A stretch of 64,000 bases of DNA from Felis catus (taxonomy: Eukaryota). Positions 11,912 to 25,405 of the stretch are shown piece after piece. The translations under genes were made by a program, and so were the position numbers. The stretch spans positions 196,728,001 to 196,792,000 of the forward strand of contig NC_058368.1 of assembly GCF_018350175.1 (NCBI RefSeq), written 5' to 3'. The notes below the pieces were generated by a model. That model did no database searches and was not told the DNA's origin. It was given only the letters and a program-made list of their open reading frames with translations. Every line of letters begins with the position of its first letter. Position 1 is the stretch's first letter.

Positions 11912-12247
11912 CTTAAGGCCATGGAAAACGCCTTCTATAAACCTTAATAAAGATTAATAAGTCCTTAATAAAAATATATTAGCCAATATAACGCCATGAA
12001 AAAGTCACGGACAATAAGATCTGATTTTTTTTTTTTTAAGGAAAAACGTACAGGGGAAGAAAGAAGAAAAGGCATGTTCATGGTGGTCGCTTCTAGAGAG
12101 TGAAATTAGGTGTGGTTTCTATTTCCTTTTGAAGCGTGTGTCCATTTCTTCAATTTTCAATCTTCAAATTTTCTTCAATAAAGATGTAATTCGTTCATAA
12201 TAAAAAATCTTACACAAACTTTTGTGTTACACTTAAAAAACAAAACA

Positions 12248-12446
12248 GGAGAGGCGTCTGGGTGGCTCAGTCAGTTAAGCATCCGACTTTGGCTCAGGTC
12301 ATGGTCTCACAGTTTGTGGGTTCGAGCCCCACATCGGGCTCTGTGCTTACAGTGCGGAGCCTGCTTCGGATTCTCTCTCTCCGCTCCTCCCCCACTTGTG
12401 CACACTCTCTCTCAAAATAAATACACTTTTAAAAAATTTTTAAAAA
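12248..12446 (+). mobile_element. Can-SINE
   Basis: gcgtctgggtggctcagtcagttaagc head, CT tract, A tail. Confidence 0.92.
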
Positions 12447-12929
12447 CTTAGAACAAAAATAAAAAACAAAGCAGTTACCCCCTACGTGAACCAAAGGAAT
12501 TGTGAATGTGTAAAATTAATGGCCCGTTCTTTGATTAATTACATCTGCTTTAAAGTAAAAATTGGAAGTAAAATGCAAAAACTGTATAGTTCTTAAATAT
12601 CTGTTGAATTTTTTTTTAAAGCAGGATATAAATTCACAGCAGAAACACAAAATGCCATTGAACCTGGAAAGAAAAGGTGCAAGAACATACATGGGCAGAA
12701 CAGGCCTGAGGTCAGCTTTGAATCCCATGGCAGTGAGCTCCCAGATAGGACCCCTGCTCCCAAAAGGCAGCACCGGGCCTGGCACATGACCACACAGGAG
12801 ATCCCGCATGGATCAGATCCCTCAAGCAGGTCCCGCTACTTGTGTTTTGAGGTGTATTTCACAACGGTAACTGACATGCAGCTTCAGTGACAAGTAGAAT
12901 CATAACGGTGATGATGTACGCAATGCACA

Positions 12930-13115
12930 GGTCTGTTTCCTTCTCATCCCCGTGGACCCTAAGCTCTAAGACAATGGGGACAGACTGTCCTGTTGAGTCT
13001 GTGCTCCTAGCACCCAATGCAGAAACTGACAGGGTTCCATAATGAACAAATGAATAAATATATGACTGAATAGGTGAATGAACGAATGGATGAATGAACG
13101 GATGAGTAAGTGAAT
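12930..13115 (+). mobile_element. L2 3' end with (TGAA)n-like tail
   Basis: taagctc..gggacagactgtc..cctagcac..tgaatgaacgaatggatgaatgaa. Confidence 0.65.
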
Positions 13116-15569
13116 TCTGACCTAGAATAAGGGGCGAATTATCTGGCCAGACAGAGTCCACCCTGCAGAGATACAGGAGTTGGCCGAGTGACCTTCAGCC
13201 TTACCACAAGCTCTGCCCTCACAAGGCCAACAGTGGCTGCCGATGACCACAGACAGTACACGCATGGGATGGAGGGATGAAGGTCCTGGTATAAGGGGGC
13301 AAGAAGAAGAGGTTCCTACCACCCAGGCTATTGCTACGAAGAGATTAATCCAGGACAGAAAATAACCCAAGCTGCCCACCTGGCCTTTTTTTAGAACATA
13401 AACCCCCGGGGCACCAGGACTCCCTCCCAGAGCAGTGGTGTCCCTGGGAGTCCAGGGCCTCCACATTATTCCCTGTCACTTCAGCTCTGTTACCAGTGGC
13501 TCCAGCCAGCCCAGCCCCCAGAAAAGCCTTGCTGGTTTCTCTGCATCGTGACCCTGCCCTGGGCCCAGATATTCCAATTCTAAGAACCTCCCTCTTATGA
13601 AGCAACCCAATTAGCTCCCTGACCTCAGTTCTCTGCAACTCCCTGCGCAGCCGGGCGTTAAATCGCAGATCCAGGAGTGGAAATTGACTTTGCCGATGGT
13701 GGCTGTGGGCGCTGACACCATTAGGTGGCGAGCCGGCGAGGGAGCCCTCATCTGTTAGGAGGGCACTGCCAGAGCTGCTCTGAATCCAGGAATGCCTCCA
13801 TTCTGCCACTTCCGAAGGCCTTGTGGACCCTACTCATTCCAAACTAGTGCGGAAGCTCCAGCGACAGCCTAAAATGCATTTACTCACTCACCTCCCCCAG
13901 CCGGACACAGCGATCCCCTCAGGCGAGGCCAGCTCTGATTTAAAACGAGCTCATGGTCTGCTCTGAAAAGATGCTCATATATGCCAGATCTCTTGACATA
14001 GACGCCCCCCGCCCCCCCTCCTTGGATCCTGTCCACACAGTCAGACGAGTGTTCTGTGAGCGACAAACCCTGCCACACAAGACCTTTGCCCTTGCTGCCC
14101 CTAACTGCCTAGAACACCTTTTTTTCCAGAAACCTGCTTTCTTTCTGATTTCTCTGTCATCCCACAGGGGCTTCCAGACCACTCTTTCTCATGGAGCTCA
14201 CGGACACCCCATCACATGTCCTTGTCTTACGGATTCTCTTCTCAGGGCTTATCCTCAGCTGAAGTCACCTTGTTGTCTGCCACCCTGTGCCCAGCTCCCT
14301 GTGGGCAGGACTGGGCTCGTAGCTGTGTCCCCAGGCTCAAGCACACAAGAAATGAACTTAAACATAAGTTGGATGAGAGGGAAACATCCCACGGCCGAAC
14401 AACGAATGAAGCAACGAGACCCAGGCTGAGGGGTCAGGAAGCCAGGTCCAGTCTTGGTGGGATATCAAACAAGCCACTGGACCACAAGGCTACAGCTGCT
14501 CAGTCCTTGTGGGGGGGAACGAGGGTGGCAGACTGAGTCAAGTTCCCTAAGGTTATGGAAAAGGAGCATCTCACAGGAAGTAAGTCATGTGCAGAGTCTA
14601 TAGGGGCAGGGAAAACCCCCAGGTCCCCTTGGAGTGTGTGTCCTAGAGCTTCTAGATAGAGGCCAGGCAGAATCTAGTGACAGTGACCAGACTGTGCAGC
14701 TGTTACTATGACCAAGAACAACAATGAGCATAAGCAAGAATCTAGGACATAAACTCCCCCAGGCCAGGGACCCTGCTTCTTTTCTGCTATACCCCCAACA
14801 TCTGGGCCAGCACTGGCACATACAGGCACTTGAGTAGGGTTGTGTTGTTTTTCATAACTTGTTTTTTACAAATGCCTCCTACGTGGTAAGTACTTGGTAT
14901 TCAAAGTCCACCGATTCTCCAAATCACAAAGCTTTGTGGCTAGGACTCCCATGATGACCTCAGAGATGTGAAGTAAGATGTCCTACCAACAAGGCAGGGC
15001 AGAACAAGGCCTTGACCCCAGGGTGTCAGGCGCCAGAGCCCGGTTCCCTGCTTACCCGGCCGCCACGCCTCCTGCAAAGCCAAACAACGATAATGACACC
15101 ATTTACCAAGTCCCATCATGTGCCAGACGGGCAGGGCGCTACCACTGTGGTCGCAGTAATCCCTTCCAGCAGCCCTCTGCCCTCCACAGAGAAGGTAACT
15201 ACGGCCCAAAAGGGTAACATCACCTGGTGCAGAGGCTGCAGCTAACAGCTGGCAGAAGTGGGGTCCGATCTAGAGATTTCTCAGTTCTGAAGTACAGCCT
15301 CCTGGGGTTCAGCCACACTGCACTCCCATGGAAGGGAGAGGCTGTCACGGAAGCTGGGATAATTTACTATAAAAATCAGAATGCTCTCAAAGAAACGACA
15401 CGTTGCCCATGGCTCCTGCTACAGCGAGACAACTCAGGACCCCACTCCTAGTCAGGCCTGCCTCTGACTTAGGACTCTGGGAGGTTCATTCTCTCTGGGC
15501 CTCAGTTTCCCCACATGTTTAACCAGGTGACGAGCCTCTGGAGCTCTAGGAATCCCAACTCTATCGCTC

Positions 15570-15810
15570 CCTTGAACTTTAGTAAATATTAATGCAGTAT
15601 TATGTTTTTACAGCTTTCCACAGTTTATAAAACACTTTTACATTGATGACCTCACCCATCCAATAACCCACCTGTGGAACGAACATCCTGACTTACAGAG
15701 TGGGAAACAGTGACTCAGAGAGTTTAGGTGACTCAGCCAAGGTCACACAGCGGGTAGGTAACAGGACTAGGATCTGGATCCCGGCCCTACCTAGTCCAGT
15801 AGGCTTTTTC
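15570..15810 (-). mobile_element. MIR
   Basis: ttacagagtgggaaacagtgactcagagagtttaggtgactcagccaaggtcacacagc. Confidence 0.75.
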
Positions 15811-15939
15811 CTCCAACTGGGCTGCCTGCTGGAGGAAGGTTGGGGCCCCAGAAGATGCCAGGGTATTGGAAGGGAAAGTAAGGAAAAACAAGCATACCCC
15901 GAAAAAATCAGTAAGAAAAGAATTAACAACACAGTAGGC

Positions 15940-16270
15940 AGTTCTTTGGAGATGAAACACAAGCGACCCTTAACCAGGAAGGAAAGTCTGCAAATTAAAG
16001 CTCCAAAGAAACACCAGAGTAACAGAGATCAAAAAAATTTAATACCACGCCGTGTTGGTGAAGGTGTTGAAGAAGCAAGCGGTTCTCGTGCATTTCTGTG
16101 GAAATGTAAAACTGATCAAATGCCATCAAAGGGACTGTGGCAGTCGCCATCAACACTGTAAACGCACACACCCTTTCACTGGACAACTGCCCCAGGAGGT
16201 ATTTTTCCTACACATCTGCCACACACGTGCAAAATGACACAAGATGTCCACTGCCTGGTTTATCTCTGGA
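15940..16270 (+). mobile_element. Old L1 (L1M) 3' fragment
   Basis: aataccacgccgtgttggtgaaggtgttgaag..tgtggaaatgtaaaactgatcaa resembles the L1M 3' region. Confidence 0.6.
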
Positions 16271-16296
16271 AGAACATGTTGGAAGTTGGTGGTGGG

Positions 16297-16545
16297 GGGG
16301 CGCCTGGGTGGCTCAGTAGTTGAGCGTCCGACTGCGGCTCCGACTTGTTGAGTTCGAGCCCCACGTCAGGCTCTGTGCTGACAGCTCAGAGCCCGGAGCC
16401 TGCTTCAGATTCTGTGTCTCCCTCTCTCTCTGCCCCTCCCCGGCTCGTGCTCTGTCGCTCTCTCGCTCTCAAAAATAAACATGAAAAAAACCTTTTTTTT
16501 TAATAATAAAATTAAAAATTAAAAAAATATAAAAATACAAAAAGA
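16297..16545 (+). mobile_element. Can-SINE with internal deletion
   Basis: Head, CT tract, A tail. Confidence 0.92.
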
Positions 16546-17218
16546 AACGCACACTTAGATAGATACGACATACATTGTGTGGACTAAGAGCCAAACCTCA
16601 GGAGTGGTCAAAGCCTGAAGCACAATGGCCCACGGTCATGTGAAATACTTGGAGGTGGTCAGATATTGTCCAAAGGTGGTACTACCTGAGTGAAAACAAT
16701 AGCAGCTGCTGTGGGGGCCTTGTATCTGTTTATGACCCTACAGCTTGCAATTAGCTTTGAAACCCACGATATGTGCGTTTTCACAGCAGAGCAGGGACTG
16801 TTCCCATTTATGAAAGGCTGAAAGAGGTCACATGGTGGGTGACGGCTACACCAGGACTGGAGCTGAGGTTCTCTCCCTGTCAAGGTCACAGGCAGAAATC
16901 AGCTCACAAATGTCAGCGGGGAGGCAGGGAAAGTGTGCCCAAGCAGGGCAACTTTTGGCTGGAGGTGGGACCTACAGTGTTATTTTAAAGAAAGAAAAAA
17001 AAAAAAAAAAAAGCACTGTTTTTGACTGGTTATTTCTGGGTGCTGGATTATTTTCTGTTTTCTGTTTGGCCCATTTGTATTCTCTCAAATTTCAATAAAT
17101 TAATATCTGCCACTTATTCATAACAAGAAAATATATTTATATAAAAAAACAAAATGGATAATCTGCTACTTCGTTGAAAGGCACTGAAACATCCCAAACT
17201 GTTAAAGAATGGCTGTTT

Positions 17219-17416
17219 CTTTTTTTTTTTAATGTTTATTTATTTTGAAAGACAGAGAGTGAGAGCAAGGGAGGAGAAGAGAGAGAGAATCCCAAGCAGT
17301 TTCTGTGCTGTCAGCACGGAGCCCTATGTGGGGCCCGAACCCAGAAAGTGTGAGATCGTGACCTGAGCCGAAATCAAGAGTCGGACGCTCAACCGACTGA
17401 GCCACTCAGATGCCCC
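17219..17416 (-). mobile_element. Can-SINE
   Basis: Reverse head; TSD-like aatgg(c/t)tg(t/a)ttctt. Confidence 0.92.
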
Positions 17417-20400
17417 AAAAATGGTTGATTCTTAAGGGTAAGAGAGTATATAGGATGGGGGGGGGTAACCTCACTTTTTTTGACTTATTAGTTCCAAACA
17501 TTGGAAATTTTTAAACTACTATTTAAAAACACTTTCTAGTAAAAAAAAAAAATTAATTCATGTTCATTTTAAATACCTAAGTATATATATTGCATATGTG
17601 GAAACAACAACTAAAATCTAAAATGAAAGAAAGAATTCAAGGCAGTAAGTCATCTCTCGAAAACATTCTGGGGTTAATGGCAAATTATAGAGCAGTTAAA
17701 CAAACATCTGAGTTATAGTAATGTAAAACTGTTGTTTTAAAAATCTCATCGTTTTTAGCTTCCTCTATCACCCGAAAAAACTGCTTTGAAATTAACTCGC
17801 TCCGTGAGGCTCAGAACAGACTTCCCCTGGATGCAGGCAGATCCCATCTCCCAGGCTGAAGCGGGGCCAGGCTGCCTGCGCGGGCACCCACCACGTACAC
17901 ATGGACCTGCCTGTCAGGCGTAGTCGCCTAATCCATGCGGCTGCAAAATCCAGCAGCTGGCGAGGGCCCGAGGGGGTTGGGTAGCTCCGGTGTTGAATTG
18001 CCTGTTGGCCACATGGTATGGTAAGTGTGGTCACTCTTTTTCCACTTGATGTGAGCTTTCCTTAAATAATTGCAGACCTCGTGGTTGCACCCGGCAGGAG
18101 CTCTGCGTGAAAGGCACCGGGGCCCGAGGATGGCCATCTGAGCCTCAGAGAGCACCCACGGCCGAGTCTGCAGACTCCCACAGTATCTCAGAGCTCACTG
18201 ACACCTTCCCTCCCCTACTGAAGTATTTCTTCGCTGAAACAGCGAGGACTGAAAGACAGTCTTAAAGATTACAAAATGATTCAAGATGGATAACACAGCA
18301 CTGTAGGAAAAAAAAGGAAGAAATCAATTTTAGGTATAATCCGCAGAGGATTTTGAATAATTTGCTCCTTTAAAAAAAAAAAAAAAAAAAAAAAAACCTG
18401 GCCCGAAGTTCCTAAATTGCGCCCAATCTTTCCACCCCCATGAGTGACTTATCCCAATGTTCCGTGATTCACCGGGGAGGTTGGAAATCGGGGATTCTCT
18501 TGCCTAGAGTTCCTCCTCTGCCTTCTCCTCCTTCCAAACCCACTCACTGCAGGCACATGATCCCACGACAAATTTCTTCCAACTTGGAGTTCAAAGAGAA
18601 GTCAGCACCTGTCACCGGGAAAGGGGACACAACCTGGAAAGTAAGAACCTGCGACGGGCTTTGCTCACTGGATGGAGGGAAGTGATGTCGCCCAACTGAG
18701 ATGTGAGAGTTATCTGGCTCCCTCCGGCTCCAGTAACTTACCTCCCTTTCCCTCCAGCACCTGGCGGTTCCGCCCCAAGCAGACAGCCCCCACAGTGGAA
18801 TAATAATGAGTCACCAATGGCAGAGATGAGAGAGTTGGGGAAAGCCAGAGCCCAGAGAGAAGGCCAGACTTGTCCAAGATCACACAGCAAAGAGGGACAA
18901 GGGACAGGCAGGACCGGAACCCAGATCTTCTTCCCAGGCTCCCAAGGATAATGCTGCCACCACCATGGGACTCGGTCCTCAGAGCAGCTACAAACTTCTC
19001 TAAACAACTCTCTTCCCTAACTCTAACTCAGAGGGATCAGTGGAAATTACACTTTTCAGGGGGAGTTGCAGTTCTTGCAAAATCACACAATGGAAGGATG
19101 TCACAACCTCAAGAAGACTGGGGATCGCTGCTCCAAGGAGAATTCGAAATGATCCTGGGAACTCAGTCTGAGATAAGGCAGTGACAGGAATGACTGAGAG
19201 GCCCTTTCCAAGGCTACCCCATCTTGACCAGGTGGGTCTTGTGCCCCTCTCCAGGTCCACTTTCCACTTGGGGGCAAGGGGTGGCGGGGGGGGGGGCATA
19301 AGTCTCACATTCCTACCAAGTTCCCGCAACAGTGACCTTATTGGGCAAGACATTTCAACACGCCTGGCCTCGGGTTCTTCATCTGTAAAATGGAAATGAA
19401 AATCCTCCTGAGGACACGAATTATGGATGTGGAACGCGCTGAGAATCTCAGAGAAACGTGCTAAAAGGGGTAACAGTGGTGGCAAGAGGAATAACAATAG
19501 TTAGACCACGGCCAACACCTATCATTATCGTCACTGCATTTACTCTGTAAAGCTACCAACCCTTCCCCTGTCCGGCAAGGACCTGGTGGGTGGACGGGGC
19601 CTGCTGCTTTATTGGGCAAAGGCCTTCAGTCAGGAATGCAGGTGAGAAGCTGTGCCCCAGCCTTGTGTCTCCATGTCTAGGGCCTGCACAGATCACAGGG
19701 TGATGACACTCACCCACCCTGCCTGTGAGGCCCGGGGAAAACCTAGTCACCCTCCCGAAGACCTCCCCACTCCCCTGAGCAGCCTCCAGCTAGCTTTCCA
19801 GGCTGGAAATCTCAGCGCTCCTCCTTGTATCTCTTCCAGATACTCAGACCATCCTCTACGTCCTTCACCCTCACGGGAATCCTGGGAGCAGCGCAAACCC
19901 TCCATCCTGGGGCGGGAGCTCCCGTCTCCCCTGAGTCACTCACGGCTCGTTCACCAGCCACAGGACAAACAGGGCCTTGTGACAGGCCGGTCTCTCCCTG
20001 CGATGCCCTTCCCCACCATGTCAGCCAGCTCCAGCTCACCTCTCCACACGCCGTCTGCTACACAGGCTGTCTGGACACTCCCTCTGCACCGGCCACTTTC
20101 CATGGCCATCTGCAGATGGGTTCTTCCCGGGCCAAGGAGCAGGGCTTGTGCAAATCTGCAATCCTCGCTTCCCACACCCAGGGAGTGACTGCTGCGTGGA
20201 CAGAAAAAGGAAGAGGCACCAAATGCTAACCTACAGTCTGTAATTCATGGGGTCTTCCAGTCTCCTCCACCAATGTGTCATCAAAGCAAGCAGTCACTGA
20301 TTGTAACTATTGCTAATAACAACACCCAGGCACAGCACTCTCTTCAAACATTATTATCTTCTCGTTTCAACCGCCCACTGAAATACTGATTATTATCCCA

Positions 20401-21342
20401 TTTCAGGTAAGGAAACTGAGACCCAGGCAGACTAAGTAACACGCTCGAAGTCACTCAGCTGCTAAAGATCCTAGACTCAGACTCTGGCCGAAAGCTCTAG
20501 TCTTAACTAACCTCTATCCAAGCCTGCCTTGTGCTGGCCCTCGAAATCCAGACCCCAGGCTAACGTCTACCACTGGAGCCAGCTGACAGCTCCCCTTCCC
20601 TCGCTGTCCCACAACTGGATCCCTGAAAACTTACCGCGAGGTCACCTGAGCAAAGGAGACCTTTCTCCTCATTCTGGAGTGGAATTTAAATCTCCCTCCT
20701 CCCCCTCACGCTTTTCACTTCATCCTTGAGCCCATCCTGCTCTCCCCAGGGCTTGATCCACTAATCTGGGCCAACTCTGGCTCGAGGGAGAGGAATCTTG
20801 GGCAAAACATCACCACTGCCCTCTAGGCCCACCTGCTACAGTGGCCAGCTTACAGACCACCCCACCCCCACCCCCAGAGGTGGGAGACCGCCACATTCCT
20901 GCTGGTGGCTGGGCTGCAAAGTACAAAGCAGGCGGCCACATCCTCGGCCACTAGGACAAAGGGCAAGTGCTGGAGAAGTTGAAGGCCCAGGGTGCTGCTG
21001 AGCACGACACGGGGCCGTACCCACGCAACAAGGAAGGGCTGTTGCCCAACCCTGGGGAGAAGGTGGCATGAGGTCCCCGGGACACTGGGGTATGATTCCT
21101 GGGGGACAGGTCCCTGGTCACACCTGCCTGCTGGGCCCCAGATGGGGGGCTGGTCAGTAAAGAAGCCATATCCTCCCGGTCCACCACTCACCCTCTGAGC
21201 CTTGAGTCCCTCACCTGCAGAATGGGGCTTTATCTCCGGGGGCTGCCAGGAGAATGAAGCGAGCTCACCCCAGTGGCCAGTACAGATTAAGGGCTCAAAG
21301 CAAATTCATTCATTCATTCATTCGTTCATTCAAGAAACATTC

Positions 21343-21550
21343 AGGGGCGCCTGGGTGGCTCGGTTAGTTAAGCATCTGACTTCGACTCAGGTCACGATCT
21401 CACAGTTGAGTTCGAGCCCCGTGTCCGGCTCTGTGCTGACAGCTCAGAGCCTGGAGCCTGCTTCGGATTCTGTGTCTCCCTGTTTCTTTGCTCCTCCCCT
21501 GCTCACACTCTGTCTCTGTCTCTCAAAACTGAATAAATGTTAAAGAAGAA
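21343..21550 (+). mobile_element. Can-SINE inserted in an L2
   Basis: Head and CT tract; the tail runs into (GGAA)n. Confidence 0.93.
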
Positions 21551-21551
21551 A

Positions 21552-21620
21552 AGGAAGGAAGGAAGGAAGGAAGGAAGGAAGGAAGGAAGGAAGGAAGGAA
21601 GGAAGGAAGGAAGGAAGGAA
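21552..21620 (+). repeat. (GGAA)n microsatellite, ~17 units
   Basis: Direct reading. Confidence 0.97.
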
Positions 21621-21624
21621 GATT

Positions 21625-21965
21625 CAGTGAAGGCCAATCACGTGCTGGGCCCTGGGCTAGGTGCTAGGGATACAGTGGAAACCACTCGGGCAATATACAG
21701 GCCTTGTGGAGCCTTTCATTCCCACGGGGGCAACAGGCAACCAACGAGGTACAAATTCAGAAACATGAGCGTATTTGGGAATGGTATGTGCCTTAGAGAA
21801 AAGACAATATGGTGCTGGGATAGAAAGGGGTCAGGGCAGGAAGGTCAGGGAAAGCCTTCATGAGGACATGTCTCAGCAGATCTGGAGGAGGAAAGGGAAC
21901 AGCAAACCATGATGCCTGGGAAGAGCATTTCTGAAAGAGGGAACAGCACGTGCAAAGGCCTCACT
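21625..21965 (-). mobile_element. L2 fragment
   Basis: gctaggtgctagggatacagtgg..ggtcagggaaagccttc..gggaagagcatttc..gggaacagcacgtgcaaaggcc. Confidence 0.8.
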
Positions 21966-22649
21966 ACACTAACTTGAAGACTATTTTCGTGATCACTTGA
22001 GCCACACCCTGTCCACTCCATAGAAGCGGCACATACAGCTGGGAGGACAGTGAGCTGGGCATCCGGAGAACAGGGTTCTAATCCCCTGGCTTCCCCTAAA
22101 CCACCACATGGCTTGGGACCATGACCAACAGACACCCTTTGATCTGTAAGGGTCCCGATAAACCCAACGATCCCTGATCTGAGGATCTGTAAATGGCTTG
22201 CATTCCCTCAAGCTCCTTCCTTTTCCCCTCTTCCAATCCACCCACCTCTTGAAGTAATCATGATTTCCCCCAACCCCCCCCCCCCGAGTGGCCCCGTAAG
22301 TGAGGAGGCGGCTGAGGATCAAGGAAGACAGATAGAGAGATGAAGGCAATAGCTGACAACTGATCTGCTGCACTCTCTCGGTTCCATTTCCCCATCTATA
22401 AAATGGGAATAGTACCCCCTGCCCCTGCTGACAACACAGAACTGATGTGAAGATCGAGTGGAAATGCCACATAAGGAAGCTACCCTGCTTTATACAGAAG
22501 GGGCTTCTATCTGCTTCTGGGTCTTTTCTATCCTACGTGCTACCCTGTGTTCTGGACTAAGGCAGAAAGGACAGAGAGGGGAGGGAATGACCGAGTTAAT
22601 GCCAGATACTCTACGAACAGTATCTGATTGTTCAAGACCAAAGCAGGGT

Positions 22650-22802
22650 GCCATGAGAGGGAGCCTTCTAAAAACACAGAAGCTTAAGGGCCGGCTCTCA
22701 AAGATTCTCATTCACTGAGTCTGGGACAGCCCCAGACGTGTAATTATTATTGTTTTAATTACACAGTTGATTCCGATATGCACTCATGGTTGAGAATCAC
22801 TG
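22650..22802. mobile_element. MER5-like hAT-Charlie MITE
   Basis: agattctcattcactgagtctggga..gttgattccgatatgcac..ggttgagaatcactg. Confidence 0.7.
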
Positions 22803-22954
22803 ATTAGTTCTACCAACCCTGGAAGGTAGGACATATCAGTATTCCCATCTGGGAGCTGGGTAACTAGAGCACAGAGCGGCTGTCTAACTCCTTGGATCAC
22901 ACAGCTAAGATCTGAACCAGACAGTTTGCTCTCATTAATCACGAGGCTACACAT

Positions 22955-23074
22955 TTTTTTTTTTTTTTTTTAGGTTTTATTTTTAAGTAATCTCTACGCC
23001 CAACGTGGGGCTCGACCTCACAACCCCGAGATCAAGAGTCGCATGCTCTAGAGACTGAGCCAGCCAGGTGCCCC
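22955..23074 (-). mobile_element. Short old Can-SINE (no CT tract)
   Basis: gagatcaagagtcgcatgctcta..gactgagccagccaggtgcccc; TSD ggctacaca. Confidence 0.88.
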
Positions 23075-23707
23075 AGGGCTACACAATTTCTTGAGGCCAG
23101 TCATACAGACTCCCACTGCATCTATACATACATACTCCTGTGCAGCCCTAAAAATACAAAAACCAACACCTCACATTCACAGTTCAACTGTTAAAGTTAA
23201 CTGCATTAACTTTCAGAGAAACTTCTATGGCAGGACCGACTCCTTATTCACTTGGCATTATTGGGGAATAACGTGTGTTCACAGAAGGCAAGTTTGTAGG
23301 TAACTTTGGAACTTTTCCTGCTTCTGATCGACTTCCTGTTTTAGGTGGTTAATGCCGAATTGTACTTCACTCTTCGTTGCTTCCTCGAACAGAGAACACT
23401 GGAGAGAATATACCTCTCCTTGGGAAAATTTCTGTCTCTATGGCCCATTAACTTTGTAACTTCTGTAAGGTGTATTCCGGAACGATAGGCCTCCTTGTCC
23501 CTTTACCAAAAGGCTCCCAGTTAACCGCCCAGAAACATATCCACGTGTTTCTACCTCTGATAGAACCCTGTCCCCCACCCCCAACCTGTCCCATGCCTGC
23601 ACAGACACACACTAACTGAACTGGCTTACTGCTACTGAAGTCATGAGGTGTGGACAGGACTTCCAGGCTTGTAAGAATGGTGTGTAAACTAAGAGTGAGT
23701 TGGTCCA

Positions 23708-23973
23708 GGGGCGCCTGGGTGGCTCCGTCGGTTGAGCGTCCGACTTCGGCTCAGGTCACGATCTCACGGTCCGTGAGTTCGAGCCCCGCATCGGGCTCTG
23801 GGCTGATGGCTCAGAGCCTGGAGCCTGCTTCCCATTCTGTGTCTCCCTCTCTCTCTGACCCTCCCCGTTCATGCTCTGTCTCTCTCTGTCTCAAAAATAA
23901 ATAAACGTTAAAAAAAAATTAAAAAAATAATAATAATAAAAAAATAAATAAATAAAAATTAAAAAAATAAAAA
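23708..23973 (+). mobile_element. Can-SINE
   Basis: TSD aagagtgagttggtcc. Confidence 0.96.
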
Positions 23974-25144
23974 AAGAGTGAGTTGGTCCTGAGCAGGAAG
24001 GGTGGGGCGGGGGTGGTGGTGATACTATGCAGAACAGGGTCTTGAGTGGATTCTGTGCAAGGCAAGATTGACACCACGTGGAGTTAATTGTCCCAGGCTA
24101 CAGAGTGTGGTCACTGGACCCTGAGGGCTCCCTCTCTCCTTTTCCTGCCTGAATTTCCCCCTTTCTTCCTCCAGAGTGGAGGCCAGTCTGCCCGATTCCT
24201 CTGGAATAAGCAGACGGGCAATGGCCAGAAGGCCCAAAGGAAGGTGCTGGTTTCGATCTCTTTGGAAGGTGTGGAAATATTAGACCAGACACCTCCCTGC
24301 AACCACAGAGACTCCTGAAGCCCTGAGCCCCTCCACAGTGGGGCCAGAGCAATGCCCTGTAACAGACTGGATTCCAGCAGTGGTTTAACGTTCTACAAAG
24401 ACATGTCCACTGCAGATGCGTTCTGATAGCGGGGTTCTGGAGGCTCCAAAAAATGTTTGTCTTTGATTCCTTTGTGTGCAAGTCCTATCTTGGAGACAAG
24501 GGCAGCAAGCCCCTTGTGAAGACGGGTACAACTCCCCCAGTCCCCTCGCCCACACACCCCAACATAGTTCCAAGCAGAGAAGGGGCCTCTGGGGCCAAGC
24601 AAATGGTTGGTGAATTTCCTGAAAGCTCAAATAGCATTTGTTCAGACAGTCAGTCAACAAACATCTTTTGAGGGCCTATATTGTACCTGCGTCTGGTAAG
24701 GCACTGGGGGATCTGATGGTGAACCAGCTTGATGAGGTCCCTTTCCTTAGGGATCTCCGGTCCTGAGTGGGTAGAGGAGAGAACAGTGAAGAATAAACAC
24801 ATAAACAAAGGTTATCACAAGCTGGGACCAGAATTTTGCATTTAACAAGGCTCTAGGGAAAGCCAGGGGTGGGGACAAACCTTGCACACAGTGGGCCCTG
24901 AATAAATGGATGTCTACTCTTCATACAAATCCTCCCCCAAAGCAACTCCTCTTCCGCACCCCTGTCTCAGCTATAGGGATGCCACTGAGGCCCCTGCACT
25001 CTGGGCCTTCTCTCTCACATCCCACTCACTTCCACTTAGCACCCCCCCCCCCTTTGCTGAAGCCAAGTGCAGATGCCTCCTTCCTGTAGCCCATCACCCA
25101 CACTGGAGTCCTTTCTCTATGCTCAGCCAGATTACCCACACTTC

Positions 25145-25375
25145 GGTGGTTAAGACCAAGTGCTATGAAGCCAGGCAGACCCAGGTTCAAGTCCCAGCCT
25201 CGCCACTATCTGCCTGAAGGATGCGGGGCAAGCCACTGAACTTGCAACCTCTGCTTTCTGGTCTGTCGTAGCACCAGACTCACCAGATGGTTGAGGATTA
25301 AACAAGATAATGCACCTGAAAGTCCCAGCCTAGAACCTGGTCATTAAGGGTTAGCTGTTTCTACGATTACTGTTA
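25145..25375 (+). mobile_element. MIR
   Basis: gtggttaaga..cagacccaggttcaagtcccagcctcgccact..gaggattaaacaagataatgca. Confidence 0.75.
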
Positions 25376-25405
25376 TTAATAACAATATTAATGAAAACCT
25401 TTGCT

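Noticed and set aside
1574..14619. NF-kB consensus matches GGGAACTTCC (1574) and GGAAAACCCC (14610)
   Set aside because: The degenerate 10-mer is expected about 8 times by chance in 64 kb on two strands
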